This document shows positions 11,738 through 30,900 of a stretch of 64,000 nucleotides of DNA, one piece after another. The notes beneath the pieces are model-generated. The model did no database searches and had not been told where the DNA came from. It was given only the letters and a program-made list of their open reading frames with translations. The translations under genes were made by a program, and so were the position numbers. Position 1 is the stretch's first letter; each line of letters opens with the position of its first letter. The stretch is from Eledone cirrhosa. Lineage: Eukaryota. Where the stretch lies: positions 45,694,001 through 45,758,000 of the forward strand of contig OZ024744.1 in NCBI GenBank assembly GCA_964016885.1. Direction: 5' to 3'.

Positions 11738-12930
11738 GATAACAAGTTATCGTTATAGGTAATCCAGTTAGAGGTTGTGAGTACTCTGCGTCGTGGATAG
11801 TTTTAACGTACGGCTTGTTTGACTCAACAAGATGTTTCCATAATTAGACAGCGAGTTCGCGGGAATTCCTATCTAGGTTATACTTGGAGTAATAATAGTG
11901 AAAGAATGAAGAGTACAACAAGGGGCTTTATTTCAGGTATTAACAATTGTTTCATTGACCAGGTGAGTCTAGAGGCCGCTAATCGCTCGAGTTGCATCAC
12001 TCGATCTCCATTACATTATTTACCTCTGATCAAATCCTCGGAATACAAAAATAATTCATACATGGCAAGATATATATAGAGAAATAGGGTATAATCAAAA
12101 CAATAACATCAATAATAAAATATATATGATAAATAGGTAAAGAAGTTATAGATGTACAAAGTAAAAGATAAGAAAAAAGATACAGTAAAAAAGTAAAAGA
12201 ATGGAAAAATAATAGAAATATAAAGAAATAAGGATAAGTGAGAGCATATAAGTACAGAATATGATAGTGGTGGTGGTGACTAAGTGTCCGTATAAGGATG
12301 GTGTGGTGGATTTAGTGCTAACATGAAAAGTCATATTCGAAACATACATAGATACGTGCAGAGAGTCCGAGGTAGTGACAGATAAAAGAAAAAGCAATAA
12401 ATTAGAGATTAATTGGGAGATACTATTATGAGACCCAAGGGCTAAGGGTGAATGGTGAAGGGAGGTTTGACAAATGTGTGTGGTAAACGTTTTGCTGATT
12501 GTCTTGTCTTAATGGGGTTGATGCGGTTTCAGGGAGAGAGGGTGGAAGAGATGTTAAGAGATTTATGATCTAGTGACCAGTCGATCGCTTGACAGCTAAT
12601 AGCGGTGTGATGGTATATATTCCATACGTTAAAATCCAGGTGGTTCGGTTCTAATTTTGGGATTGCTGGTTCGAATCATGGTGGCTTGAAATTTGTGAAC
12701 TTGGTAGCTATTTTATGCCTACAGAAAATTTATCTTTCTATTTTGCTGTTAAGCAGCATCTTATCGTACCTTAAAATATGGAATAGCTCCATATTTCAAA
12801 GTCCGCAGTGGGACATTCCATTGTGGTATGCCCTTGCTCCCGATAATTTTGACCAGCTAATCCTATATTCCTGGTTTGTGTTTTTAAGCTGCCAGATTTT
12901 ATTGGCGAGCATTGTGGAGTTCTCCAGTCT
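11736..12930 (-). mobile_element. 5'-truncated second Penelope-like element (different family, same type)
   Basis: GIY-YIG C-terminal coding at 12676-12930, then ~940 nt of U-rich 3' region ending at (TA)n, the same layout as the 6859-10427 element. The 3' extent is inferred from the (TA)n junction. Confidence 0.75.
12676..12930 (-). pseudogene. C-terminal fragment of a PLE GIY-YIG endonuclease (absent from the ORF track)
   Basis: RLENSTMLANKIWQLKNTNQEYRISWSKLSGARAYHNGMSHCGL*NMELFHILRYDKMLLNSKIER*IFCRHKIATKF aligns colinearly with TSLSAYIWSLKDNHTQYKLHWEILARARSYNGNKRPCDLCAAEALEILYATDHILNKKSEAISACKHK of the 7852-8148 ORF. Confidence 0.88.
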
Positions 12931-15900
12931 ACATAATACCACACCACACTACAATATACCACACTACACTACAATATGCTAATCCATACTGCAATATATC
13001 ACACTACACTACAATATACCACACCACACTACATTATACCATATCACACTAAAATATACCACTCCACACTACACTATACCAATCCACACTACAATATACA
13101 ACACCACGCTACAATATACTAAACTATACCACACCATACTACAATATACCACACCATACTACACTGTATCCCTCCACACTAGAATATACCACATCACACT
13201 ACAATATACCAAACCACACTGCAATATACCACACCACACCACACTAGAAGACACCATACCACACTGCAATATACCACAGCAAACTAAAATATACCGCACC
13301 ACACTACAATATAACACACTACACTACGATATCCCACACCACACTGCAATATACCACACCACACTACAATACACCACACCACACTACAATATACCACACC
13401 ATACTACAATATACCACACCACACTACACTAAACCATACCAAACTAGAATATACAAAAAAAGACTACAATATACCACTCCACACTACAAAATATCAAACT
13501 ACACTACAATATACCACACCACACTACAATATACGACTCCACTCTACACTATGCCACACCACACTACAATATATCAAACTACACTACAATATATCACACC
13601 ACACTACAATATACGACTCCAATCTACACTATACCACACCACACTACAATATATAACACTACACTACAATATACCACACCACACTAAAATATACCACACC
13701 ACACTACAATATACCAGACCACACTACACTACAATATATCACACTACACTACAATATACCATACCACACTAAAATATATAACACCACACTACAATTTACC
13801 AGACCACACTACAATATATCACACCACACTACAATATACCACACTACATTATATCACACCACACTACTATATGTATAACCACATTACAATATATCACACT
13901 ACACTACAATATACCACACCACTCTACAATATATCGCACTGTACTCCAATATATCATACCACACTGCAATATAGCACACTACACTGCACCATACTACTCC
14001 ACACTACAATATATCACATCATACTACACTATACCACCACACTACAATATATCACACCGCACTACAATATATCACACCACACTGCAATATACCACACACA
14101 CTACATTATCCCACACCACACTACTATATATCACACCACACTACAATATACGACACCACACTACAATATACCCCAAACACGCTATAAAAAAATCACTCCA
14201 CACTGCAATATACCACACTATATCACACTACACTACAATATACCACACTACACTACAATATACTACATCACACTACAATGTACCACACCACACTACCATA
14301 TGCTAATCCATATTGCAATATATCACACTACACTACAATATATCACACTAAACTACACTATACCACACCACAATACACTATACCGCTCCACACTACAATA
14401 TACCACATCACATTGCAATGTACCACACCACACTGCAATATACTACACCACACTAGAATACACCATACAACACTATATTATACCACACCACACTAAAATA
14501 TACCACACCACACTACAATATATCACACTACACTACAATCTACCACACTGCAAAATACCACACCACACTACAATACACCACACTACAATATACAACACCA
14601 CGCTACAATACACAACACCACACTACACTATACCATACCAAACTACAATATACCACACCAGACTACAATATACAACTCCACACTACAATATATCAAACTA
14701 CACTACAATATACCACACCACACTACAATATACGACTCCACTCTACACTATACCACACCACACTACAATATATCACACTACACTACAATATACCACACCA
14801 CACTAAAATATACCACACCACACTACAATATACCAGACCACACTACAATATATCACACTACGCTACAATATATCAAACTACACTACAATATACCACACCA
14901 CACTACAATATACGACTCCACTCTACACTATACCACACCACACTACACTACAATATACCACACCACACTAAAATATACCACAACACACTAAAATATAGCA
15001 CATCACACTACAATATAAAACACCACCCTACTATATATCGAACCACATTACAATATATCACACTACACTGCAATATACCACTCCATACTACAATATACCA
15101 CACCACACTACAATATACCACACCACACTACAATATACCACTCCACACTACAATATATCACATCACACTACACTATATCACACCACGCTACAATATATCA
15201 CGTTACACTCAATATACCACTCCACAGTACAATATATCACACCACATTACAATATATTACATAACACTGCAATATACAACTCCACACTACACTATACAAC
15301 TCCACACTACAATATACTACACCACACTAAAATATACCACATCACACTACAATATACCACAATACACTACACTATACCACACCACACTACAATATATCAC
15401 ATCATACTACAAAAGATCACACTAAACTACAATATACCACACCACACTACAATATATCGACACTACTCTACACTATACCACTCCATGTTACAATATATCA
15501 GATCACATTACAATATACCACACCACACTAACATATATCACATCATACTACAATATACGACACCACACTACAATATATCACACCACACCACACTATACCA
15601 CTCCACACTACACGATACCACACCACACTACAATATATCACACTGCACCATACCACTCCACACTACAGTATATCACATCATACTACACTATACCACCACA
15701 CTACAATAAATCATACCGCACTACAATATACCAAACCACACTACAATATACCACACCACACTACAGTATCCCACATTACTATATATCACAGCACACTACA
15801 ATATACCACACCACACTACAATATACCACACCACACTATGAAATATCACTCAACACTACAATATACCACACTATATCACGCCACACTACAATATACTTCC

Positions 15901-18900
15901 CCACATTACAATATACCATACTACACTACAATATACCACGTCACACTACAATATACCACACCACACTACAATATGCTAATCCATACTGCAATATATCACA
16001 CTACACTACAATATACAACACCACACTGCAATATACCACGCCACACTACAATATACCACTCCACACAACAATATACCACACCACACCACACTATAATATA
16101 TCACACTAAACTAAATATACCACACCACACTACAATATACCACTTCACACAACAATATACCACACCACACTACACTATACCACTCCCTACTACAATATAC
16201 CACACCACACTACAATATAAAACACCATACTACACTATACCGCACCATACTACACCACACCATTTTACAATATACCAGACCACGCTATAATATATCACAC
16301 TACACTCCAATATATCACACTACACTACAATATACCACTCCTCACTACAATATACCACACTACACTACACTATATCACACCACACTACAATATAACACTC
16401 CACACTATAATATATCACACTAGACTACAAGATAACACTCAACTCTACAATGTATCACTCTACACTACAATATACCACTCCACACTACAATATACCACAC
16501 AACACTACAATATATCACATCAAACTACAATATACCACACCACACTAAAATATATCACACTATACTACAATATACCACTCCACAGTACAATATATCACAT
16601 CACACTACAATATATCACACTACATTAGAATATATCACACCACATTACAATATATTACATAACACTGCAATATACAACTCCACACTACACTATACAACTC
16701 CACCCTACAATATACTACGCCACACTACAATATACTACACCACACTACAATATACCACACCACACTACAATATATTACATCATACTACAATATATTACAC
16801 TAAAGTTCAATATATCACTCCCCGCTACAATATGTAGACATTACTCTACGCTATACCACTCCACGTTACAATATACCACACCACATTACAATATACCAGA
16901 CCATACTACAGCATATCACACCACACTAGAATATATCAGACTACATTACAATATATTACACCACATTACAATATATAAAGATCATTACAATATATTAGAT
17001 CGTTACAATATACACACTAGACTACAATATACCACATCACACTACATTACAATATGCTAATCTATACTGAAATATATCACACTACACTAAAATATACCAC
17101 TCCACACTACAATATACCACTCCACACTACAATATATCGCACTGTACTCCAGTATATCATACCACACTACAATATAGCACACTACACTGCACCATACCAA
17201 ACCACACTAAAATATACCACACCACACTACAATATACCACACCACACGACAATATACCAAACTACACTGCAATATACCACACCACGCTACAATATACAAC
17301 ACCACACTACACTATACTATACCAAACTACAATATACCACAGCAGACTACATTATACCACTCCACACTACAATATATCAAACTACACTACAATATACCAC
17401 ACCACACCTCAATATACCAGACCACACTACAATATATCACACTACACTACAATATATCATACTACACTACAATATACCACTCCACACTACAATATATCAC
17501 ACCACACTTCAATATACCACAATACACTAATATATATCAAACCACATTACAATATATCACACTACACTACAATATACCACTCCATACTACAATATATCAC
17601 ACTACAATATACCACTCAACACGACAATATATCACTCTACACTACAATATACCAGTCCACACTACAATATACCACACCACATTAAAATATACCACACCAC
17701 ACTACAATATATCACACTACAATATACAACTCAACACTACAATATATCACTCTACACTACAATATACCACTCCACACTACAATATACCACACCACACTAC
17801 AATATATCACATCACACTATACTATATCACATCACACTACAATATACCACACTACAATATATCACACTATACTACAATATACCACTGCACACTACACTCA
17901 ACATACCACTCCACAGTACAAGATATCACACCACACTAGAATATATCCCACTACATTACAATATATCACACCACATTACAATATATTACATAACACTGCA
18001 ATATACAACACCGCACTACACTATACAACTCCACACTACAATATACTACGCCACACTTCACTATACCACATCACACTACAATATATCAAACCACACTACA
18101 ATATATCACGTCATACTACAATATATCACGTTACACTACACTATATCACACCACACTACAATATATCGACACTACTCTACACTATACCTCTCCATGTTAC
18201 AATATATCATATCACACTACAATATACCGCACCATACTAACATATATCACATCATACTACAATATACGACACCACACTACACTATACCACTCCACACTAC
18301 AATATACCACTCCACACTACAATATACCACACGACACTACAATATATCGGACTGTACTTCAATATCTCATACCACACTACAATATATCACACTGCACTGC
18401 ACCATACCACTCCACATTATGTATATAACATCATACTACACTATACCACCACACTACAATATACCACACCACATTACAATATACCACAACACACAACAGT
18501 AACCCATACTACTATATATCACAGCACACTACAATATACCATATCACACTTCAATATAACACACCACACTATAAAATATCACTCGACACTACAATATACC
18601 ACACCACACTACAATATATCACACTACACTACAATATACCACGTCACACTACAATATACCACACCACACTACAATATGCTAATCCATACTGCAATATATA
18701 ACAATACACTACAATATACCACACAACACTACAATATACCACTCCACACTAGAATATCCAAATCCACACTACAATATACCACACCACACTACAATATAAA
18801 ACAACATACTACACTATACCACACCATTTTACAATATACTAGACCACGCTACAATATAAAACTCCACAATACAATATATCACACTAAACTACAATATACC

Positions 18901-21900
18901 ACACTACACTACACTATATCACACCAGACTACTATATATCAAACCACATTACAATATATCACACTACAATATACCACTCCTCACTACAATATACCACACC
19001 ACACTACAATATACCACACCACACTACAAAATATCACACTACACTACAATATACCACTCCACACTACAATATATCACACCTCACTACAATATATCACATC
19101 ACACTACAATATATTACATAACACTGCAATATACAACTCCACACTACACTATACACCTCCACACTACAATATCCCATATCACAAAATAATATACAACACC
19201 ACACTACACTATACCACACCACACTAAAATATATCACACCACACTACAATATATCACATCATACTACAATATATCACACTAAATTACACTATATCACACC
19301 ACACTACAATATGTCGATATTACTCTACACTATACCACTCCACGTTACAATATATCACATCACACTACAATATACCACACCACACTACAATATATCACAC
19401 CACACTACAGTATATCACACCACACTACAATATATCACACTACATTACAATATATCACACCACATTACAATATATTACAAAACACTGCAATATAAAACTC
19501 CACACTACACTATACAACTCCACACTACAATATACTACGCCATACTACAACATACCATATCACACTACAATATACCACGCCACACTACACTAAACCACAC
19601 CACACTACAATATATCAAACCACACTACAATTTATCACATCATACTACAATATATCACATTACACTACACTATATCACACCCCACTACAATATATCGACA
19701 ATACTCTACACTATACCACTCCATGTTACAATATATCACATCACACTACAATATACCACACCATACTAACATATATCACATCACACTACAATATATCACA
19801 CCACACCACACTATACCACTCCACACTTCACTATACCACGCCACACTACAATATACCACAAAACACTACAATATATCACATCATACTACAATATACCACA
19901 TCAAACTACAATATATCACACCACACCACATTATACTACTCCCCACTACAATATATCGCACTGTACTCCAATATATCATACCACACTACAATATAGCGCA
20001 CTACACTGCACCCTACCACTCCACACTACAATAAACCACACTATATCACACGACACTACAATATACACACTACACTACAATATACCACATCACACTACAA
20101 TGTACCACAGCACACTACAATATGCTAATCCATACTGCAATATATCACACTACACTACAATATACCACACCACACTACAATATACCACTCAACACTACAA
20201 TATACCACACCACACTACAATATTCCACACCATACTACACTATACCACACCACACTACACTATACCACACCATAGTACACTATATCCCTCCACACTAGAA
20301 TATACCACACCACACTACAATATACCACTCCACACTAAAATATACCACATCACAATACAATATATTCCACCTCACTACAATATACCACATCGCATTGCAA
20401 TGTACCACACCACACTACACTACACTATACCACAACACACTGCATTATACCACACCACACTACAATACACCACACTACAATATACAACACCACACTACAA
20501 TATACCACCCCACACGACAATATATCAAACTACACTGCAATATACCACACCGCGCTACAATATACCACAGCACACCACACTATACCATACCAAACTACAA
20601 TATACCACACCAGACTACAATATACCACTCCACACTACAATATATCAAACTACACTACAATATACCACACCACGCTACTATATACGACTCCACTCTACAC
20701 TATACCACACCACACTACAATATATCACACTACACTACAAAATACCAAAGTATAATATACTAGACCACACTACAATATATCACAATACACTAGAATATAT
20801 CAAACTACACTACAATAGACCACACCACACTACAATATACGACTCCACTCTACACTATACCACACCACACTACAATATATCACCCCACACTACAATATAC
20901 CAGACCGCACTACAATATATCACACTACACTACAATATGTGAACACTACACTACAATATACCACACCACACTACAATATATCACACCACACTACAGTATA
21001 TCACACCACACTACAATATATCACACTACATTACAATATATCACACCACATTACAATATATTACAAAACACTGCAATATAAAACTCCACACTACACTATA
21101 CAACTCCACACTACAATATACTACGCCATACTACAACATACCATATCACACTACAATATACCACGCCACACTACACTAAACCACACCACACTACAATATA
21201 TCAAACCACACTACAATTTATCACATCATACTACAATATATCACATTACACTACACTATATCACACCCCACTACAATATATCGACACTACTCTACACTAT
21301 ACCACTCCATGTTACAATATATCACATCACACTACAATATACCACACCATACTAACATATATCACATCACACTACAATATATCACACCACACCACACTAT
21401 ACCACTCCACACTTCACTATACCACTCCACACTACAATATACCACAAAACACTACAATATATCACATCATACTACAATATACCACACCAAACTACAATAT
21501 ATCACACCACACCACATTATACTACTCCCCACTAAAATATATCGCACTGTACTCCAATATATCATACCACACTACAATATAGCGCACTACACTGCACCCT
21601 ACCACTCCACACTACAATAAACCACACTATATCACACGACACTACAATATACACACTACACTACAATATACCACATCACACTACAATGTACCACAGCACA
21701 CTACAATATGCTAATCCATACTGCAATATATCACACTACACTACAATATACCACACCACACTACAATATACCACTCAACACTACAATATACCACACCACA
21801 CTACAATATTCCACACCATACTACACTATACCACACCACACTACACTATACCACACCATAGTACACTATATCCCTCCACACTAGAATATACCACACCACA

Positions 21901-24900
21901 CTACAATATACCACTCCACACTAAAATATACCACATCACAATACAATATATTCCACCTCACTACAATATACCACATCGCATTGCAATGTACCACACCACA
22001 CTACACTACACTATACCACAACACACTGCATTATACCACACCACACTACAATACACCACACTACAATATACAACACCACACTACAATATACCACCCCACA
22101 CGACAATATATCAAACTACACTGCAATATACCACACCGCGCTACAATATACCACAGCACACCACACTATACCATACCAAACTACAATATACCACACCAGA
22201 CTACAATATACCACTCCACACTACAATATATCAAACTACACTACAATATACCACACCACACTACTATATACGACTCCACTCTACACTATACCACACCACA
22301 CTACAATATATCACACTACACTACAAAATACCAAAGTATAATATACTAGACCACACTACAATATATCACAATACACTAGAATATATCAAACTACACTACA
22401 ATAGACCACACCACACTACAATATACGACTCCACTCTACACTATACCACACCACACTACAATATATCACCCCACACTACAATATACCAGACCGCACTACA
22501 ATATATCACACTACACTACAATATGTGAACACTACACTACAATATACCACACCACACTACAATATATCACACTACAATATACCACTCCACACTACAATGT
22601 ATCACATCACACTACAATATATCACATCACACTACAATATACCACACCGCACTAAAATATATCACACTATACTACAATATACCACTCCACACTTCAATAT
22701 ATCACACTAGACTAAAATATACCACTCCACAGTACAATATACTACGCCACACTACAATATACCACATCACACTACAATATACCACACAACACTACACTAT
22801 ACCACACCACACTACAATATATCACACCACACTACAATATATCACACCACACTACAATATATCACACTACATTACAATATATTACCTAACACTGTAATAT
22901 ACAACTCCACACTACACTATACAACTCCACACTACAATACTACACACTACAATACTACAATATACCACATCACATTACAATATATCACACAACACTACAC
23001 TATACCACAGCACACTACAATATATCACACTACATTACAATATATTACCTAACACTGCAATATACAACTCCACCCTACACTATACAACTCCACACTACAA
23101 TATACTACGCCACACTACAATATACCACATCACACTACAATATACCACACCACACTACAATATATCACACTACATTACAATATATTACCTAACACTGCAA
23201 TATACAACTCCACCCTACACTATACAACGCCACACTACGATATACCACATCACACTATAATATACCACACACACACTACACTATACCATACCACACTACA
23301 ATATATCACACCACACTACAATATATCACATCATACTACAATATATCACATTACACTACACTATATCACAGCACACTACAATATATCGACACTACTCTAC
23401 ACTATACCACTCCATGTGACAATATATCACATCACACTACAATATACCACACCACACTAAAATATATCACATCATACTACAATATACGACACAACACAAC
23501 AATATATCACACCACACCACACTATACCACTCGACACTACACTATACCACTCCACACTACAATATGCCACTTCACACTAAAATATATCGCACTGTACTTC
23601 AATATATCTTACCACACTACAATATATCACACTATAATGCACCATACCACTCCACACTACAATATATCACATCATACTACACTATACCACCACACAACAA
23701 TATATCACACCGCACTACAATATACCACACCACACTACACTATACCACAGCACACTACAATATATCACACTACATTACAATATATTACCTAACACTGCAA
23801 TATACAACTCCACCCTACACTATACAACTCCACACTACAATATACTACGCCACACTACAATATACCACATCACACTACAATATACCACACAACACTACAC
23901 TATACCACACCACACTACAATATATCACACTACATTACAATATATTACCTAACACTGCAATATACAACTCCACCCTACACTATACAACGCCACACTACAA
24001 TATACCACATCACACTATAATATACCACACACACACTACACTATACCATACCACACTACAATATATCACACCACACTACAATATATCACATCATACTACA
24101 ATATATCACATTACACTACACTATATCACAGCACTCTACAATATATCGACACTATTCTACACTATACCACTCCATGTTACAATATATCACATCACACTAC
24201 AATATACCACACCACACTAAAATATATCACATCATACTACAATATACGACACCACACTAAAATATATCACATCATACTACAATATACGACACAACACAAC
24301 AATATATCACATCACACCACACTATACCACTCGACACTACACTATACCACTCCACACTACAATATGCCACTTCACACTAAAATATATCGCACTGTACTTC
24401 AATATATCTTACCATACTACAATATATCACACTATAATGCACCATACCACTCCACACTACAATATATCACATCATACTACACTATACCACCACACAACAA
24501 TATATCACACCGCACTACAATATACCACACTACAATATACCACACCACACTACAATATGCCACACTATATCACGCCACATTAAAATATACCACACAACAT
24601 TACAATATACTACACTACACTACATTATACCACGTCACACTACAATATACCACACCACACTACAATATGCTAATCCATACTGCAATATATCACACTACAC
24701 TACAATATACCACACGACACTACAATACACCACACCACACTACAATATACCACTCCACACTAGAATATCCCACTCCACACTACAATATACCACACCACAC
24801 TACAATATATCACACTAAACTACAATATACACCACCACACTACAATATACCACTTCACACAACACTATACCATACCGCATTACACTATGCCACTCCACAC

Positions 24901-27900
24901 TACAATATACCACACCACACTACAATATACCTCACCATACTACACTTTGCCACACCACACTACACTATACCACCCCATACTACAATATCTCAGACCACGC
25001 TACAATATATCACACTACACTACAATACATCACACTACACTACTATATACCACTCCACATTACAATATATCACACCGAACTACAATATACCACTCTACAC
25101 TACACTATATCACACCACACTACTATATATCAAACCACATTACAATATATCACACTACACTAAAATATACCACACCACACTACAATATACCACACCACAC
25201 TACAATATAACACCCCACACTACAATATACCACACCACACGAGTAAAATATGACACTACACTACAATATACCTCTCCACAATACAATATATCACACTAGA
25301 CTACAACATACCACTCAACTCTACAATATATCACTCTACACTACAATATACCACTCCACACTACAATATATCACACTACAATATACCACTCCACAGTACA
25401 ATATATCACACCACACTACAATATATCACACTGCATTACAATATATCACACCACATTACAATATATTACATAACACTGCAATATACAACTCCGCACTACA
25501 TTATAGAACTCCACACTACAATATACTACACCACACTACAATGTACCACATCACACTACAATATACCACACCACACTACACTATACCACGCCACACTAAT
25601 ATATATCACACCGCACTACAATATATCACATCACACTACAATATATCACACTAAACTACACTATATCACACTACACTACAATATACCACACCACACTACA
25701 CTATATCACACTACACTACAATATACCATACCACACTACACTATACCACTCCACGTTACAATATATCACATCACACTACAATATACCACACTACACTCAA
25801 TATACCACTCCACACTACAATATATCACATCAAACTACAATATACCACACCACACTACAATATATAACACTATACTACAATATACCACTCCACACTACAA
25901 TATATCACACTACACTCAAATACCACTCCACAGTACAATATATCACACCATACTACAATATATCACACGACATTACAATATATTACATAACACTGCAATA
26001 TACAACTCCACACTACACTATACAACTCCACACCACAATATATCACACTATACTACAATATACCACTCCACACTACAATATATCACACTACACTCAATAT
26101 ACCACACCACACAACAATATATCACACTATAATACAATATACCACTCCACACTACAATATATCACACTACACTCAATATACCACTCCACAGTACAATATA
26201 TCACACCACACTACAATATATCACACGACATTACAATATATCACAGCACACAATATACCACTCCACAGTACAATATATCACACCACACTACAATATATCA
26301 CACGACATTACAAAATATTACATAACACTGCAATATACAACTCCACACTACACTATACAACTCCACACCACAATATATCACACTATACTACAATATACCA
26401 CTCCACACTACAATATATCACACTACACTCAATATACCACACCACACAACAATATATCACACTATACTAGAATATACCACTCCACACTACAATATATCAC
26501 ACTACACTCAATAAACCATTCCACAGTACAATATATCACACCACACTACAATATATCACACGACATTACAATATATCACAGCACACAATATACCACTCCA
26601 CAGTACAATATATCACACCACACTACAATATATCACACGACATTACAATATATCACAGCACTCAATATACCACTCCACACTACAGTATACCAGACCACAC
26701 TACAGTATATCACACCACACTACAATATATCACACGACATTAAAATATAGCACAGCACATTACAATATTTTAGATCCCACTACAATATACAACTGCACAC
26801 CACTCTATACAAACCCAAACTACAATATACTACGCCACACTACAATATACCACATCACACTACAGTACAAACTACAATATATCACATCATACTACAATAT
26901 ATCACATTACACTACACTATATCACACCACACTACAATATATCGACACTACTCTACACTATACCACTCCATGTAACAATATACCACATCAGACTACAATA
27001 TACCACACCACACTACAATATATCACACCACACCACACTATACCACTCCACACTACACAATACCACTCCACACTAAAATATACCACTCCATTCTCCAATA
27101 TATCGCACTGAACTTCAATATATCATACGACACTACAATATATCACACTACACTGCACCATGCCACTCAACACTACAATATATCACATCATACTACATTA
27201 TACCACCACCCTATACTATATCACACCCCACTAAAATATACCACACCACACTACAATATAACACACCACACTTCAGTATCCCACACCAGACTACTATATA
27301 TCACACCACACTACAATATACCACACCACACTACAATATACCACAACACACTATAAAATATCACTCCACACTACAATATACCACACTATATCACGCAAAC
27401 ACTACAACATACCACACCACACTACAATATACCACACTACACAACAATATACCACGTCACATTACAATGTACCACACCACACTACAATATGCTAATCCAT
27501 ACTGTAGTATATCACACTACACTACAATATACCACACCACACTACAATATACCACACCACACTACAATACACCACTCCACACTAGAATATCCCACTCCAG
27601 AGTACAATAAACCGAACCACACTACAATATATCACACTAAACTACAATATACCACACCACAGTACAATATACCACTTCACACAACAATATACCACACCAC
27701 ACTACACTATACCACTCCACACTACAATATTCCACAAAACACCACAATATACCACACCATACTACACTATACCACACCTCACTACACTATACCACACCAT
27801 GTTACACTATATCCCTCCACACTAGAATATACCACACCACACTTAACTATACCACTCTACACTACAATATACCACACCACACTGCAATATAGCACACCAC

Positions 27901-30900
27901 ACTAAAATATACCACACCACACTAAAATATATCACACTACACTACAATGTGCCACACCACACTGCAATATTCTACACCACACTACAATATACCACACCAC
28001 GCTAAAATATACCACACCACACTACAATATATCACACTAAACTACAATATACCCCACAACACTACACTATACCACACCACACTACAATATACCACACCAC
28101 ACTAAAATATACCTCACTACACTACAATATTTCCAACTACACTACAATATACCTTAAAACACTACAATATACCACACCAGACTACAATATACCACTCCAC
28201 ACTACAATATACCACTCCACACTACAATATATCAAACTACACTCCAATATATCACACCACACTACTATATATCAAACCACATTACAATATATCACACCAC
28301 ACGACAATATACGAAACTACACTACAATATGCCTCTCCACACTACAATACACCACACCACACTACAATATACCACACCACAATACAATATATCATACTAG
28401 ACTACAATATACCATTCAACACTACAATATACCACACCACACTAAAATATACGACTCCAATCTACACTATACCACACCGCACTACAATATATCACACTAC
28501 ACTGCAATATACCACACCACATTAACATATACCACACCACACTACAATATACAACACCTCACTACAATATACCATAAAACACTACACTATACAATACCAC
28601 ACTACAATATACCACACCTGACTACAATATACCACACTACACTTCAATATACCGCGTCACATTACAACGTACCACAACACACTACAATATGCTAATCCAT
28701 ACTGCAATATATCACAATACAATATACCACACCACACTACACTATACCACACCACACTACAATATACCACTCCGCACTAGAATATCCCACTCCAGAGTAC
28801 AATAAACCACACCACACTACAATATATCACACGACACTACAATATACCACATTACACTACAATATATCACACCACACTAGTATATATCAAACGACATTAC
28901 AATATATCAAACTACACTACAATATACCGTTCCACACTACAATATACCACTCCACACTACAATATATCACGCTAGACTACAATATATCACTCAACACTAA
29001 AATATATCACTCTACACTACACAATACTACACCACACTAAAATATATCACACCACACTACAATATACCACACCACACTACAATATACCTTAAAACACTAC
29101 AATATAACACACCAGACTATAATATACCACTCCACACTACAATATATCAAACTACACTCCAATATATCACACCACACTACAACATATCAAACCACATTAC
29201 AATATATCACACTACACTACAATATACGTCTCCACACTACAATATACCACACCACACTACAATAAACCGCACCACACTACAATATACCACACTAGAATAC
29301 AATATACCACACAACACTAAATTATACCACACCACACTAAAATATACGACTCCAAACTACACTATACCACACCGCACTAGAATATATCACACTACACAGC
29401 AATATACCACACCACACTAAAATATACCACACCACACTACAATATACCACACCACACTACAACATACCATAAAACACTACACTATACCATACCACAATAC
29501 AATATACCACACCTGACTACAATATACCACTCCACACTACAATATATCAAACTACACTACAATATATCACACCACACTACAATATACGACTCCACTCTAC
29601 ACTATACCACACCAAACTACAATATATCACACTACACTACAATATGCCACTCCCCACTACAATATACCACACCACACTTCAATATTCCACACAACACTAC
29701 AATATACCACACCACACAACAATATATCACACTAGACTACAATATACCACTCAACACTACACTATATCACTCTACACTACAATATAGCACTCCACACTAC
29801 AATATACCACACCACACTACAATATATCACATCACACTACACTATATCACATCACACTACAATATACCACACCACACTACAATATATCACACTATACTAC
29901 AATATACCACTCCACACTACAATATATCACATTACATTTTACCACTCCACACTACAATATATCACACCACACTACAATATATCACACTACATTACAATAT
30001 ATCACACCACATTACAATATATTACATAAAACTGCAATATACAACTCCACACTACACTATACAACTCCACACTAAAATATACTACAACACACTAACATAT
30101 ACCACATCAAACTACACTATATCACACCACACTACAATATATAGACAGTACTCTACACTATACCACTCCATGTTACAATATACCACATCACACTACAATA
30201 TACCACACCACACTAAAATATATCACATCATACTACAATATACGACACCACACTACGATATATCACATTACACCACACTATACTACTCCACACTACACTA
30301 TAACACTCCACACTATAATATACCACTCCATACTACAATATATCGCACTGTACTTCATTATATAATACGACACTACAATATATCACATCATACTGCACCA
30401 TACCACACCACACTACAATATATCACATCATACTACATTATGCCACCACCCTATAATATATCACACCGCACTTAAATATACCACGACACATATAAATATG
30501 CTAATCCATACTGCAATATTTCCCACTACACTACAATATTCCACACCACACTACAATATACCACACCAGACTACAATATACCACTCCACACTAGAATATC
30601 CCACTTCACACTACAACATACCGCACCACACTACAATATATCGCACTAAACTACAATATACCACACCACAGTAAAATATACAAATTCACACGACAATATA
30701 CCACACCACACTACACTATACCACTCCACACTACAATATCCCACACCACACTACAATATACCACACCATACTACACTATGTCTCTCCACACTAGAATATG
30801 CCACACCACACTACAATATACCACTCCACACTACAATATACCACACCACACTAAAATATACCACACCACACTACAACATATCACACTACACTACAATATA

